This document shows positions 31,474 to 40,613 of a stretch of DNA of 64,000 nucleotides, piece by piece. How positions within the stretch are numbered: the first letter of the stretch is position 1; every line of letters starts with the position of its first letter. Location of the stretch: positions 128,001-192,000 of the forward strand of contig CBEUCH010000004.1 in NCBI GenBank assembly GCA_965541585.1, written 5' to 3'. The position numbers were made by a program, and so were the translations under genes. The notes beneath the pieces are model-generated. The model saw only the letters and a program-made list of their open reading frames with translations, made no database searches and had not been told where the DNA came from. The DNA is from an uncultured bacterium. GTDB taxonomy: Bacteria; Zixibacteria; MSB-5A5; UBA10806.

Positions 31474-32244
31474 ATGAGAGAAATAACGCTTGAGGCCCGC
31501 ACCCGGAAAGACGCCGGCAAGGGTGTGGCCAGGAAGTTGAGGGCTGCCGGGAAAATTCCAGCTGTCGTTTATGGCAAAGGTGAGGAGCCGGTTGTAATCG
31601 AACTGGAATATGAGAATTTTCATAATGCCATGAGGGAGGCATCGGGTGAAAACCTCCTGATCAATCTGAATATCGACGGGGCTGCCGCCAAAAAGAAGGC
31701 GCTTATCAAGGACGTGCAGAGAGATCCCGTTGACGGCAATCTGCTGCATATCGATTTTATGCATATCTCCATGACGGAGAAAATCAAAGTCGAGGTGCCG
31801 ATCGTTCTGGAGGGGACCCCCATCGGCGTTAAGGATTTCGGCGGCATCATTTCATGGGTTATCCGGCACGTGGAGATCTCCTGCCTGCCAACCGATATAC
31901 CGGATAAGATCACATTCGATGTCTCAGAGATGAAGATTCATGATTCGATCCATATCAAGGATTTCCAGCTTGACAACGTAGAGATTTCAGAGAATCCCGA
32001 ACGCACTGTAGCCTCCATTGTACCACCGACGGTTATCAAGGAAGAGGTAGTCGTCGCCGAGGGCGAGGAGGGCGAGCTTGTCGAGGGCGAAGAAGCTCCT
32101 GTCGCCGAGGGCGAGGAGGGCGAGCCGGAGGTTATCTCCGAAAAGAAGGCCGAGGATAGACAGGCCGAGAAAGGAAAGGCCGAAAAGGGAAAAGGCGAAA
32201 AAGGAAAAGGCGAGAAGGGAAAAGGGGAGGAGAAAAAGAAATAG
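31474..32244 (+). CDS. rplY: 50S ribosomal protein L25 / Ctc
   Basis: GKGVARKLRAAGKIPAVVYG, VQRDPV...LHIDF, CLPTDIP; acidic then basic low-complexity tail. Confidence 0.96.
   Translation: MREITLEARTRKDAGKGVARKLRAAGKIPAVVYGKGEEPVVIELEYENFHNAMREASGENLLINLNIDGAAAKKKALIKDVQRDPVDGNLLHIDFMHISMTEKIKVEVPIVLEGTPIGVKDFGGIISWVIRHVEISCLPTDIPDKITFDVSEMKIHDSIHIKDFQLDNVEISENPERTVASIVPPTVIKEEVVVAEGEEGELVEGEEAPVAEGEEGEPEVISEKKAEDRQAEKGKAEKGKGEKGKGEKGKGEEKKK
32164..32223 (+). repeat. Four imperfect 15-bp tandem repeats encoding (A/G)EKGK in the rplY tail
   Basis: gccgagaaaggaaag / gccgaaaagggaaaa / ggcgaaaaaggaaaa / ggcgagaagggaaaa. Confidence 0.8.
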
Positions 32245-32278
32245 AGCTTTTCTCCAGCCGCAATCTATATTCAATATC

Positions 32279-32306
32279 GAAAGCCCCGCATGCCGGGGCT
32301 TTTTTG
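32279..32306 (+). terminator. Intrinsic terminator after rplY
   Basis: AAAGCCCCG-CATGC-CGGGGCTTTTTT. Confidence 0.85.
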
Positions 32307-32315
32307 TTATAAGGC

Positions 32316-32429
32316 TTGACAGAAAGGCTGCATTTCGTTATCTTGAGCATGGATTTAGAGATCGGCAATACTCGCACCTGGCAATCTTGAAGGGGATGCC
32401 ATGAAAAGGTCTATAATCATAATTATTTG
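32316..32429 (+). promoter_or_regulatory. Promoter + 5' UTR + start of signal peptide, copy 1 of a duplicated block
   Basis: TTGACA-17-TATCTT, SD GAAGGGG; 32338-32429 matches 34566-34657 with 6 mismatches in 92 nt. Confidence 0.8.
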
Positions 32430-34539
32430 GCTCTTTTTGTCATCCAGCCCGCTCTTGGCGCAGGAGGTGGAATATGTAGGGTCGACGCTCTGGACCGGCA
32501 TCGGCGATATCCAAGTCATAGACGATTACGCCTATTGCGCGTTTTATAACGGCCTGGGGGTTCTTGATATCTCCGATCCTTCGGAGCCGGAGCTTATAAG
32601 CAAATGCTCTTTAGAGGGTAGGGGCTTAGATATCCAGATCGTCGGTGATTACGCTTATGTTGCCGATTATGGAGCCTGCCTCCAAATTGTAAACATTTCC
32701 GATCCCTTGAATCCCTTTCTTGAAGGAAGTTATGAGGAGCGGAGTGCGGAGATGATCTCCATCTCCGGTGACAATGCCTTTGTAGTATATTCGATGGAAT
32801 CTCCGTGGGGAGGAGATTACGGATTATTGATAATCGATATCAGTGATCCCACAGACCCGCATGAGACCGGATACATTCAAGTTCACGGAGGAGCGTATAA
32901 CCTGTGCGCGGTTGGAGATTACGCTTATGTTTCGGATGGCGACCCCGGTTTTCGAATATTCGATGTATCCGATCCCACAGACCCCAATACTATTGGGACG
33001 TTTCAAACCCCATATTTCCCATGGAAGATTGTTGTCGATGGGGATTATGCTTACGTGGCTGACGGTCATTCAGGATTGACTATTCTGGATATCTCCGATC
33101 CGGCGAATCCCCAATTGATTGATAGCTTTTTTGAAGATGTTGACTTCAGAGATATTTACGTTTTAGGTCAACACGCTTACGTTCTGGATGAGAATATCGT
33201 TCCGTATGGCGGTGTTCACATAGTCAATATCTCCGATCTTTTGGATCCTTATATCGAGGGAAGTTATCCTATCAGAGTTCCGGAACGAATTAATCTTTAC
33301 GGAGATTATTCTTATATTCTCGACAATCAGGATGATATTCATATATTAGATATTTCTAATCCAAGCGAACCTTCCTACAGCGGACGTTACGATTCTCCCC
33401 GGTTGCTTACCGGCGTTTTTGTTGATGGCGATTATGCGTTTGTTCCCGCCTCCCATCCTGCTCTTATCGTAATTGATGTTACCGATCCTACCAATCCTGC
33501 CTATGCCGGAATATCGGATAGTGTCGGATGGTCGCGGGATATACATATTTCAGGCGATTACGCCTATTTAGTCGGCTCTGATCTTCAGATTCTGGATATA
33601 TCCGATCCCTCCCACCCCGCAAGCGTGGGAGTTTATTATACTCAAAGCTATTCGATGGAGGTGTTCGTTTCCGATAATCTCGCGTATGTAACGGAATACT
33701 CTTCAGGTTATCAGTACGATCTTGAAATCGTTAACGTTTCCGATCCCTCCAATCCATATTTTGAAGGCGGTTTTAGCACAGCAAACCGAGCCTACGCTGT
33801 TTTTGTTGCTGGCGATTACGCTTATATTGGCGTCAGTAATCGCGGTCTCCTTATCCTTGATGTATCTGATCCATCAGATCCATACCTCGTCGGTAGTTTC
33901 TATGATGGCCGGCACACACCGATAGACATATTCATCGTCGGTAATTACGCGTATCTGTCGGGGTACAATCTTCAGATACTCGATATCAGCGATCCGTCAA
34001 ATCCGATACCTGTTGGAGATAACGACCCGCCTATTCACGCCTGGAATATCTATATGTCCGGTGATTACGCTTATATAAGCGGTTCTGAAGGTTTATCGGC
34101 TGTTAACGTGACCGATCCCGAAAATCCGATAATTGTCGCAAGTTATGAAAGACCGGGTCCGGTCGATGACATTTTTGTATCGGATTATTACATTTATGTT
34201 TCGACAGAATTCTCTATAAAGATATTTTACTTTGATCGGCAAACCGGTATTATCGAGGAGGTCGATCACATCCCGCGATCCTTCACCCTCGCCCCCAACC
34301 ACCCTAACCCCTTCAACACGTCCACCACCATCCGCTACGATTTGCCGTTGGCAGGGGATGTTCGGCTGGAGATCTACGACATCCTCGGCCGCAAGATAGA
34401 AACGCTGGTTGACGGCTGGCAAACGGCGGGGGCGCATTCCATAGTATGGGAAGCGGAAAGTGTATCATCGGGGGTGTATTTCTACAGAATTCAGGCGGGA
34501 GATTATGTTCAAAGCAAGAGCTGCCTACTTTTAAAATGA
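32401..34539 (+). CDS. Secreted LVIVD-repeat beta-propeller protein with C-terminal sorting-type (T9SS type A / FlgD Ig-like) domain
   Basis: Signal peptide; many 'GDYAYV....GL.I.D(I/V)SDP..P' repeats; NHPNPFN...IYDILGRKIETLV...SSGVYFYRI...LLK. Confidence 0.88.
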   Translation: MKRSIIIIIWLFLSSSPLLAQEVEYVGSTLWTGIGDIQVIDDYAYCAFYNGLGVLDISDPSEPELISKCSLEGRGLDIQIVGDYAYVADYGACLQIVNISDPLNPFLEGSYEERSAEMISISGDNAFVVYSMESPWGGDYGLLIIDISDPTDPHETGYIQVHGGAYNLCAVGDYAYVSDGDPGFRIFDVSDPTDPNTIGTFQTPYFPWKIVVDGDYAYVADGHSGLTILDISDPANPQLIDSFFEDVDFRDIYVLGQHAYVLDENIVPYGGVHIVNISDLLDPYIEGSYPIRVPERINLYGDYSYILDNQDDIHILDISNPSEPSYSGRYDSPRLLTGVFVDGDYAFVPASHPALIVIDVTDPTNPAYAGISDSVGWSRDIHISGDYAYLVGSDLQILDISDPSHPASVGVYYTQSYSMEVFVSDNLAYVTEYSSGYQYDLEIVNVSDPSNPYFEGGFSTANRAYAVFVAGDYAYIGVSNRGLLILDVSDPSDPYLVGSFYDGRHTPIDIFIVGNYAYLSGYNLQILDISDPSNPIPVGDNDPPIHAWNIYMSGDYAYISGSEGLSAVNVTDPENPIIVASYERPGPVDDIFVSDYYIYVSTEFSIKIFYFDRQTGIIEEVDHIPRSFTLAPNHPNPFNTSTTIRYDLPLAGDVRLEIYDILGRKIETLVDGWQTAGAHSIVWEAESVSSGVYFYRIQAGDYVQSKSCLLLK

Positions 34540-34543
34540 TTGC

Positions 34544-34657
34544 TTGCCAGAAACAACACCATGCATTATCTTGAATATGGGTTTAGAGATCGGCAATACT
34601 TGCACCTGGCTATTTTGAAGGGGATGCCATGAAAAGGTCTATAATCATAATTATTTG
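34544..34657 (+). promoter_or_regulatory. Promoter + 5' UTR + start of signal peptide, copy 2 of a duplicated block
   Basis: TTGCCA-17-TATCTT, with the same UTR as copy 1. Confidence 0.8.
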
Positions 34658-36734
34658 CTTCTTGTTGCTTTCAGGCTCACTGTGGGCCCAGGAAATCGAT
34701 TATATTGGATCAGCTCTCTGGAGCGACATTCATGATGTCAAGGTTGTTGGCAATTATGCCTATTGCGCATTTGTTAATGGATTGATGATATTGGACGTTA
34801 CAGATCCAGAAGCGCCTTTATACTTAGGCCAATACTATTGTCAGGGCAATGGTCGGGCTTTAGATGTTTTTGGCAATTATGTGTTTCTAGCCGACGGTCA
34901 ATCCGGGGTGCAAATTATTAACATAGCTTCGCCCGATTCTCCATTCCTGGTAGGAAATTATGATACCGAGATCTATACGTATGGCGTCTTCATAGAGGGC
35001 CATTACATGTACTTAGCCGATTCTTATCATGGGCTAGTAATATGCGACATAACGGATCCTTCAAATCCTGAATTTACTGGATCCTACAACACCGATGGTT
35101 ATAGTAGAGATGTCGTTGTTTCAGGGGATTACGCTTACCTTGCAGATGACATTTGGGGTCTACAAATAATAGATATTTCAGATCCAGCTTCTCCTATTCA
35201 CGTATCAAACTATGACACTCCGGGGCAGGCTTATAGGATCTTTCTTTCAGGGGATTATGCATATATTGCGGATTTTGGGTCTGGCCTTCAGATAATTGAT
35301 ATCTCAGAACCTGAAGCACCAACGTGGGTAGGCAATTACAATAGCTACGTCGAAGACGTTGCTGTCAGAGGAGACTATGCATTTGTGATCGGTCACTACT
35401 TTGGTTTACATATTGTTGATATCAGCAACCCCTCAAATCCTATATTCGTAGGAGGAATCGAGACACCGGACATTTCAACGGCTGTTTCCCTTACCGGTAA
35501 TTACGCATATATAGCTGATCAATCAAGTGGTCTTCAAATAATAGAAATTTCGAATCCTTCGAATCCCGCATCAACTGGGTCTTACGCAACGGCTGGCCAC
35601 CCCTCTCGTATAATTGTAGCCGCCAATTACGCCTTTATGGAAGCCTCCTCGGGAATACAGATAGCCGATATCGCCGATCCCGAAAACCCAACCTGGACAG
35701 CAGGCATGGATCCTCCTTATAATGTCATTGACCTTTTTGTACTGGACAACTATGTTTACGCTGCATGTAACGATTCCGGCTTACAGATCTTCGATATCTC
35801 TATGCCAAATTCCCCGACGTGGATCGGAGGTTACAGTACAAACAGTAATACATATAGCGTATTTATTGCCGCCAACTTAGCATTTATAGCCAATGGATAT
35901 TTCGGTCTTCAGATTATCGACATTTCAGAACAGGATGACCCGTTTTTTGTTGGAAGCTACTACGCCGAAGACATTATTAAGGGTATTTATGTAACAGGGC
36001 ACTACGTTTATCTTGGCGGCTCTAATAACGGCTTGTATATAATTGATGCATCCAACCCAGAATCGCCCGTGCTGGTCGGGAATTGCGATACCCCGGGCTA
36101 TGGCGGTCAGGTTTTTGTTGTCGGCAACTATGCCTACATCGCCGATGAGAATTCCGGTCTCCATATAATAGATATATCAAATCCCCAATATCCCTCGATT
36201 GTTGGGAGTTATTTAACAACAGGGGGAGTCACTAGTGTGCATGTATCTGGTAGTTTCGCCTATGTTGGCGATCATTATAGTGTCGATCCGCTGGTAATCA
36301 ATATTTCCGACTCGCAAAATCCTACATTAGAGGCGACTTATGACACTCCGGGTTACGCCAGAGATGTTTTTGTATCTGGTAATTACATGTATGTTGCCGA
36401 TTTCTTTTCCTTGATGATCCTCCACTTCGATCCTCAAACTGGAATGATAAAGGAGATTTCGAAGTTGCCCAATCAAATCTCCCTCTCCCAGAACCACCCC
36501 AATCCCTTCAACGCTTCCACCACCATCAAATACGTTCTGCCTACTGGTTCCGATGTGACCCTGGAAATCTACGATATCCTCGGTCGCAAGATCGAAACGC
36601 TGGTTAATGGCTGGCAACCGGCGGGGGCGCATTCCATCGTATGGGAGGCGGAGAATGTATCATCAGGTGTGTATTTCTATAGAATAGAGGCGGGGGAGTA
36701 TGTTCAAAGCAAAAGCTGCCTGCTTTTGAAATAA
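34629..36734 (+). CDS. Secreted LVIVD-repeat beta-propeller protein with C-terminal sorting-type domain (tandem paralog)
   Basis: Same architecture as 32401..34539; YAYIAD..SGLQIIDIS.P repeats; near-identical C-terminal domain. Confidence 0.88.
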   Translation: MKRSIIIIICFLLLSGSLWAQEIDYIGSALWSDIHDVKVVGNYAYCAFVNGLMILDVTDPEAPLYLGQYYCQGNGRALDVFGNYVFLADGQSGVQIINIASPDSPFLVGNYDTEIYTYGVFIEGHYMYLADSYHGLVICDITDPSNPEFTGSYNTDGYSRDVVVSGDYAYLADDIWGLQIIDISDPASPIHVSNYDTPGQAYRIFLSGDYAYIADFGSGLQIIDISEPEAPTWVGNYNSYVEDVAVRGDYAFVIGHYFGLHIVDISNPSNPIFVGGIETPDISTAVSLTGNYAYIADQSSGLQIIEISNPSNPASTGSYATAGHPSRIIVAANYAFMEASSGIQIADIADPENPTWTAGMDPPYNVIDLFVLDNYVYAACNDSGLQIFDISMPNSPTWIGGYSTNSNTYSVFIAANLAFIANGYFGLQIIDISEQDDPFFVGSYYAEDIIKGIYVTGHYVYLGGSNNGLYIIDASNPESPVLVGNCDTPGYGGQVFVVGNYAYIADENSGLHIIDISNPQYPSIVGSYLTTGGVTSVHVSGSFAYVGDHYSVDPLVINISDSQNPTLEATYDTPGYARDVFVSGNYMYVADFFSLMILHFDPQTGMIKEISKLPNQISLSQNHPNPFNASTTIKYVLPTGSDVTLEIYDILGRKIETLVNGWQPAGAHSIVWEAENVSSGVYFYRIEAGEYVQSKSCLLLK

Positions 36735-36736
36735 TC

Positions 36737-38950
36737 TTATCTTTCTATTATCTCCAGGCTGGCGTATTTGACCATCAGCTTTTTATTGCCTGCGGCTTCA
36801 AATCTTATGGTAACAATCAGGCTCTCGCCGCTGCCCTCGCGCTCAACCACGACGCCGCGGCCGAATTTATCATGCATTACGGTCGTGCCCATAGGCAGAA
36901 GGTCATCGGTGTCATAATCATCTAAGCCCAACGATTTTTCCTGCCGGGCTTTCTTAGCCGGTCGTCGCTTGGACTTTGCAGCATCATCCTTGTAGAGATC
37001 GCTCCAGTAGTTGAATCTCTCCACCTCGATAAGCTCTTCGGGGATATCCTTCAAAAACATCGATGGCCCGCCGGTGTAGTCGCCCCAGCGACGTCTGAAT
37101 CCGGCCATGGACAGGCAGAGCTTCTTCTTGGCACGTGTCATACCGACATAACACAACCGCCTCTCCTCATCGAGATCCTCCGGTTGATCCAGTCCCCGCC
37201 TTAGCGGGAAAAGACCGTCCTCCATACCGGCCATAAACACGGTATCGAATTCCAGCCCCTTGGCCGAATGCATCGTCATCAGGGTTACCGATTGCGCCGA
37301 ATCATCCCAGTTGTCGATATCGCTAATCAGGGCGACCTCCTCCAAAAATCCCGCCAGCGACGGTGTCTCCTCCCGGTCGGCGTATTCCTGAATTCCGGCT
37401 ACCAGCTCCTTGACGTTGTCGGCGCGAACCTCGGCCTCCGGCGTCCCCTCCTCCAGGAGCACCTCCAGGTACTTAATATACTCTATCAGGCGGGCGGCTA
37501 TATCTTGCGGTGACGCTTTATCCACCTTCGACGATAGCTCGCTCATTATGGCTGCGAATTTCTCCAGCTCGCCCTTCGCTTTGCCCTTGATACCGGCATC
37601 GCCGGCCGACGATTGGACGACCGACATCAGGGACTGTCCCTTTTCCGCAGCCAGCCGTTCCAGCTTGGCGACGCTGGTCTTTCCGATTCCTCTCTTGGGA
37701 ACGTTAATAATTCGCAGAAGCGCCAGGTTGTCATCGGGATTCACCATAAGGCGCAGGTAAGCCAGGATATCCTTCACCTCCGCCCGTTCGTAAAACTTCG
37801 TGCCGCCGACTATAATATACGGCAAGCCCTTATATCTCAATGAATCCTCTACGGCGCGGGACTGGGCGTTGGTGCGGTATAACACGGCGAAGTCCGATGC
37901 CGATTTATCGAGTTTTACGCCCGAATTGATCTTTTCCGCAATCGCCTCCGCTTCATCCGTCTCGTCGCCGCATAGAAGAAGCGATACCTTATCGCCGCCG
38001 ATCATCTCGGTGAAGAGCTTTTTCGGCTGGCGTCCCTCTATTTTGGAGACGACATCGCCGGCGGAATCGAGAATAATCTGGGTCGAGCGGTAATTTTGCT
38101 CCAGCTTTATGACTTTGCAATCGGGATAGTCTCTTTCAAAATCGAGGATGTTGTTAATATCTGCGCCACGCCAGCCGTAGATCGACTGATCGTCATCGCC
38201 CACCACACAAAGATTATGATGATCACCTGCCAGGAGATTTACCAGCCGGTACTGGGCATGATTGGTGTCCTGGTATTCGTCGATTAGTACATATCTAAAG
38301 CGATCCTGATAGGTCTTTAGAATTTGAGGATTCTCATCGAAAAGCTGCACTGTTCTCATCAAGAGATCATCGAAATCCATGGCCTGGCTTTTGACAAGCC
38401 GTTTCTGGTATTCGGTATAGACCGTCGAGACGTTGACCTCGAGGAAATCCGAGGTTTTCCCGGTATAGGCCTCTGGGGTAATCAATCTATCCTTGGCGCG
38501 GGATATGCGGTTGCGGGCGATCCCTACCGAAGGTTGTGAATCAGCAATCCCTTTACTTTTATAGATCATTTTTATCAGCGCCAGCGATTCAGCCTCGTTG
38601 TAAATGGAAAAACTTCTCTTAAACCCGAGCGGTTCGCAATGCTGCCTCAGTGTCCGGGCGCAGAGCGAATGGAAAGTGGAAAGCCAGACCCAGCGACCCT
38701 GTGAGCCGAGCAGGTCTATGACACGATTTTTCATCTCCCCGGCCGCTTTATTGGTGAAGGTGACCGCCAGAATCCTGTCCGGTTTTGCCGCACCTGTGGC
38801 AATGATATGAGCGATCCTGTTGGTAATCACCCGGGTCTTGCCGGAACCTGCACCGGCGAGCACCAGAAGAGGCCCGTCGACCTGCTCCACCGCTTGGCGC
38901 TGCCATTCGTTGAGGTCGTTAAGATACCCGGGATTTTCCATGGGCGACAA
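36737..38950 (-). CDS. pcrA: ATP-dependent DNA helicase PcrA/UvrD
   Basis: AGAGSGKT, TFTNKAA, DEYQDTN, VGDDDQSIYGWRGA, LYRTNAQSR, TMHSAKGLEF, EERRLCYVGMTRA, C-terminal Tudor-like HDKFGRG. Confidence 0.95.
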   Translation of the reverse strand: MSPMENPGYLNDLNEWQRQAVEQVDGPLLVLAGAGSGKTRVITNRIAHIIATGAAKPDRILAVTFTNKAAGEMKNRVIDLLGSQGRWVWLSTFHSLCARTLRQHCEPLGFKRSFSIYNEAESLALIKMIYKSKGIADSQPSVGIARNRISRAKDRLITPEAYTGKTSDFLEVNVSTVYTEYQKRLVKSQAMDFDDLLMRTVQLFDENPQILKTYQDRFRYVLIDEYQDTNHAQYRLVNLLAGDHHNLCVVGDDDQSIYGWRGADINNILDFERDYPDCKVIKLEQNYRSTQIILDSAGDVVSKIEGRQPKKLFTEMIGGDKVSLLLCGDETDEAEAIAEKINSGVKLDKSASDFAVLYRTNAQSRAVEDSLRYKGLPYIIVGGTKFYERAEVKDILAYLRLMVNPDDNLALLRIINVPKRGIGKTSVAKLERLAAEKGQSLMSVVQSSAGDAGIKGKAKGELEKFAAIMSELSSKVDKASPQDIAARLIEYIKYLEVLLEEGTPEAEVRADNVKELVAGIQEYADREETPSLAGFLEEVALISDIDNWDDSAQSVTLMTMHSAKGLEFDTVFMAGMEDGLFPLRRGLDQPEDLDEERRLCYVGMTRAKKKLCLSMAGFRRRWGDYTGGPSMFLKDIPEELIEVERFNYWSDLYKDDAAKSKRRPAKKARQEKSLGLDDYDTDDLLPMGTTVMHDKFGRGVVVEREGSGESLIVTIRFEAAGNKKLMVKYASLEIIER

Positions 38951-39171
38951 TATATAAATTTATAAATAGTAATGACAGCGATGATTTTCAACATAGCAGG
39001 TGATCTCCGCAAATACGGGCATAATTGTATTGCCATTCTTTTTTCCAATATATATCTTGATTTCGCAATCCGAGCATCGAATCTCGGCGAGGAGTAGCGT
39101 GGTGTATGATGAAGATCCTGTTTAGTCATAATAGCCTCTTCAGTATATAAGGCTGACAGAAGGAGAATGGT

Positions 39172-40569
39172 ATGGATACAGTGTCGCTTTTGATATTAAT
39201 CGGCGCTATAGTTGTTTTTGTCGCCTTCATCTTAATTCTTCTGGCGAAACAATATCGCAAGGTGGGACCGAATGAGGTTCTCATCATTTCCGGTGGACGG
39301 AAGAGAACCGTCACCGATCCCGACGGCACCGTGCGAAAAATCGGCTATCGAATGCATATTGGCGGTGGTACGCTGATCATCCCGTTTCTCGAATCGGCAC
39401 AGGTGCTTCCCCTGGGAGTCCACACGCTCGATCTGGTATGTACCGAGGCGATTACATCCCGCGGCATTCAGGTCAACGCTCAGGGACAGGCACAGATAAA
39501 AATCGGCGGCGACGAATATTCTGTTCGAATGGCGGCGGAGCAGTTTCTGGGTAAAGGCAATCAGGGAATCAAGGATATAGCCGGCAAGATCCTCGAGGGC
39601 CACACGCGGGCTGCCCTGGGCACAATGACGGTGGAAGAGGTATTCCAGCAACGAGAGGCGTTCGATGACAAGGTCAAGAAAACAGCATCCGATGATTTCG
39701 ACCGGATGGGTTTGAAAATCCTTTCTTTCTCTCTAAAGGATCTTTCCGATACATCGGGTTACATAGAGGCCCTGGGAAAACCGAAGATCGCCGAGGCCCG
39801 GGGAGTGGCGGCGGTGGCCGAAGCCGAGGCCGAGAGAGACGCTACAGTCAGGGCCGCCGGCGCCCGCAAGGAGGCAGATATAGCCAAGTTCAAGGCCGAG
39901 ATGGAAATCGCCGGGGCCAATCGCGATTACGAGCTCAAGCGGGCCGAGTACCAGGCTATGGTCAACCAGAAAAAAGCCAACGCCGATCTGGCCTACGAGC
40001 TGGAACGTCAGAAGATGAACCAGCAGCTGAAAAGAGAGGAATACCAGGTGCGGCTGGTCGAGAAGGAGCAGGCCATCAAGCTTGAGGAAAAAGAGATTCT
40101 GCGCAAAGAGAAAGAGCTTGAATCCACGGTTAAAAAACAGGCCGATGCCCGCAAATATCAGATGAGAACCGACGCTGAAGCACAGGCCTTCAAGACTGAG
40201 GCGGAAGCCAAAGCGAAGGCTGAGGCCTTAAGGCTGGAGGGCGATGCCGAGGCCGAGACTATGAAAAAGAAAGCACAAGCTTACGCCGACTATAACCAGG
40301 CCGCCGTTTACGAAATGCTGATATCGATTATGCCCGAGCTGGCGAGGGCTGTCTCAGAGCCGCTCTCCAAAGTAGATAAGATCATCATGGTCGACGGCGG
40401 CAGTGGCGGCGGGGCATCCAGAGTGACTAAACAGGTGGCCGATATTCTGGCGCAGTTGCCGGTGGTCATAGAGTCCTTATCAGGCGTGGATATAAAGAAG
40501 CTCCTGGAGAAATTTCCATCCGCTGAAGGTAAGAAAGAGAAGCCGGGCAAAGGTGGCGGGCAATCTTAA
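39172..40569 (+). CDS. Flotillin family (SPFH domain) membrane protein
   Basis: N-terminal TM, VGPNEVLIISG, AAEQFLG, LEGHTRAALGTMTVEE, EA-rich coiled coil, PLSKVDKI. Confidence 0.92.
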   Translation: MDTVSLLILIGAIVVFVAFILILLAKQYRKVGPNEVLIISGGRKRTVTDPDGTVRKIGYRMHIGGGTLIIPFLESAQVLPLGVHTLDLVCTEAITSRGIQVNAQGQAQIKIGGDEYSVRMAAEQFLGKGNQGIKDIAGKILEGHTRAALGTMTVEEVFQQREAFDDKVKKTASDDFDRMGLKILSFSLKDLSDTSGYIEALGKPKIAEARGVAAVAEAEAERDATVRAAGARKEADIAKFKAEMEIAGANRDYELKRAEYQAMVNQKKANADLAYELERQKMNQQLKREEYQVRLVEKEQAIKLEEKEILRKEKELESTVKKQADARKYQMRTDAEAQAFKTEAEAKAKAEALRLEGDAEAETMKKKAQAYADYNQAAVYEMLISIMPELARAVSEPLSKVDKIIMVDGGSGGGASRVTKQVADILAQLPVVIESLSGVDIKKLLEKFPSAEGKKEKPGKGGGQS

Positions 40570-40613
40570 GTGCTGTCGTCGATTATATGAGATCAAATTC
40601 ATAGGGGCCCGGT

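Noticed and set aside
39172..40569. Flotillin without an adjacent NfeD partner
   Set aside because: Unlinked flotillin genes are common, so this is not informative on its own.
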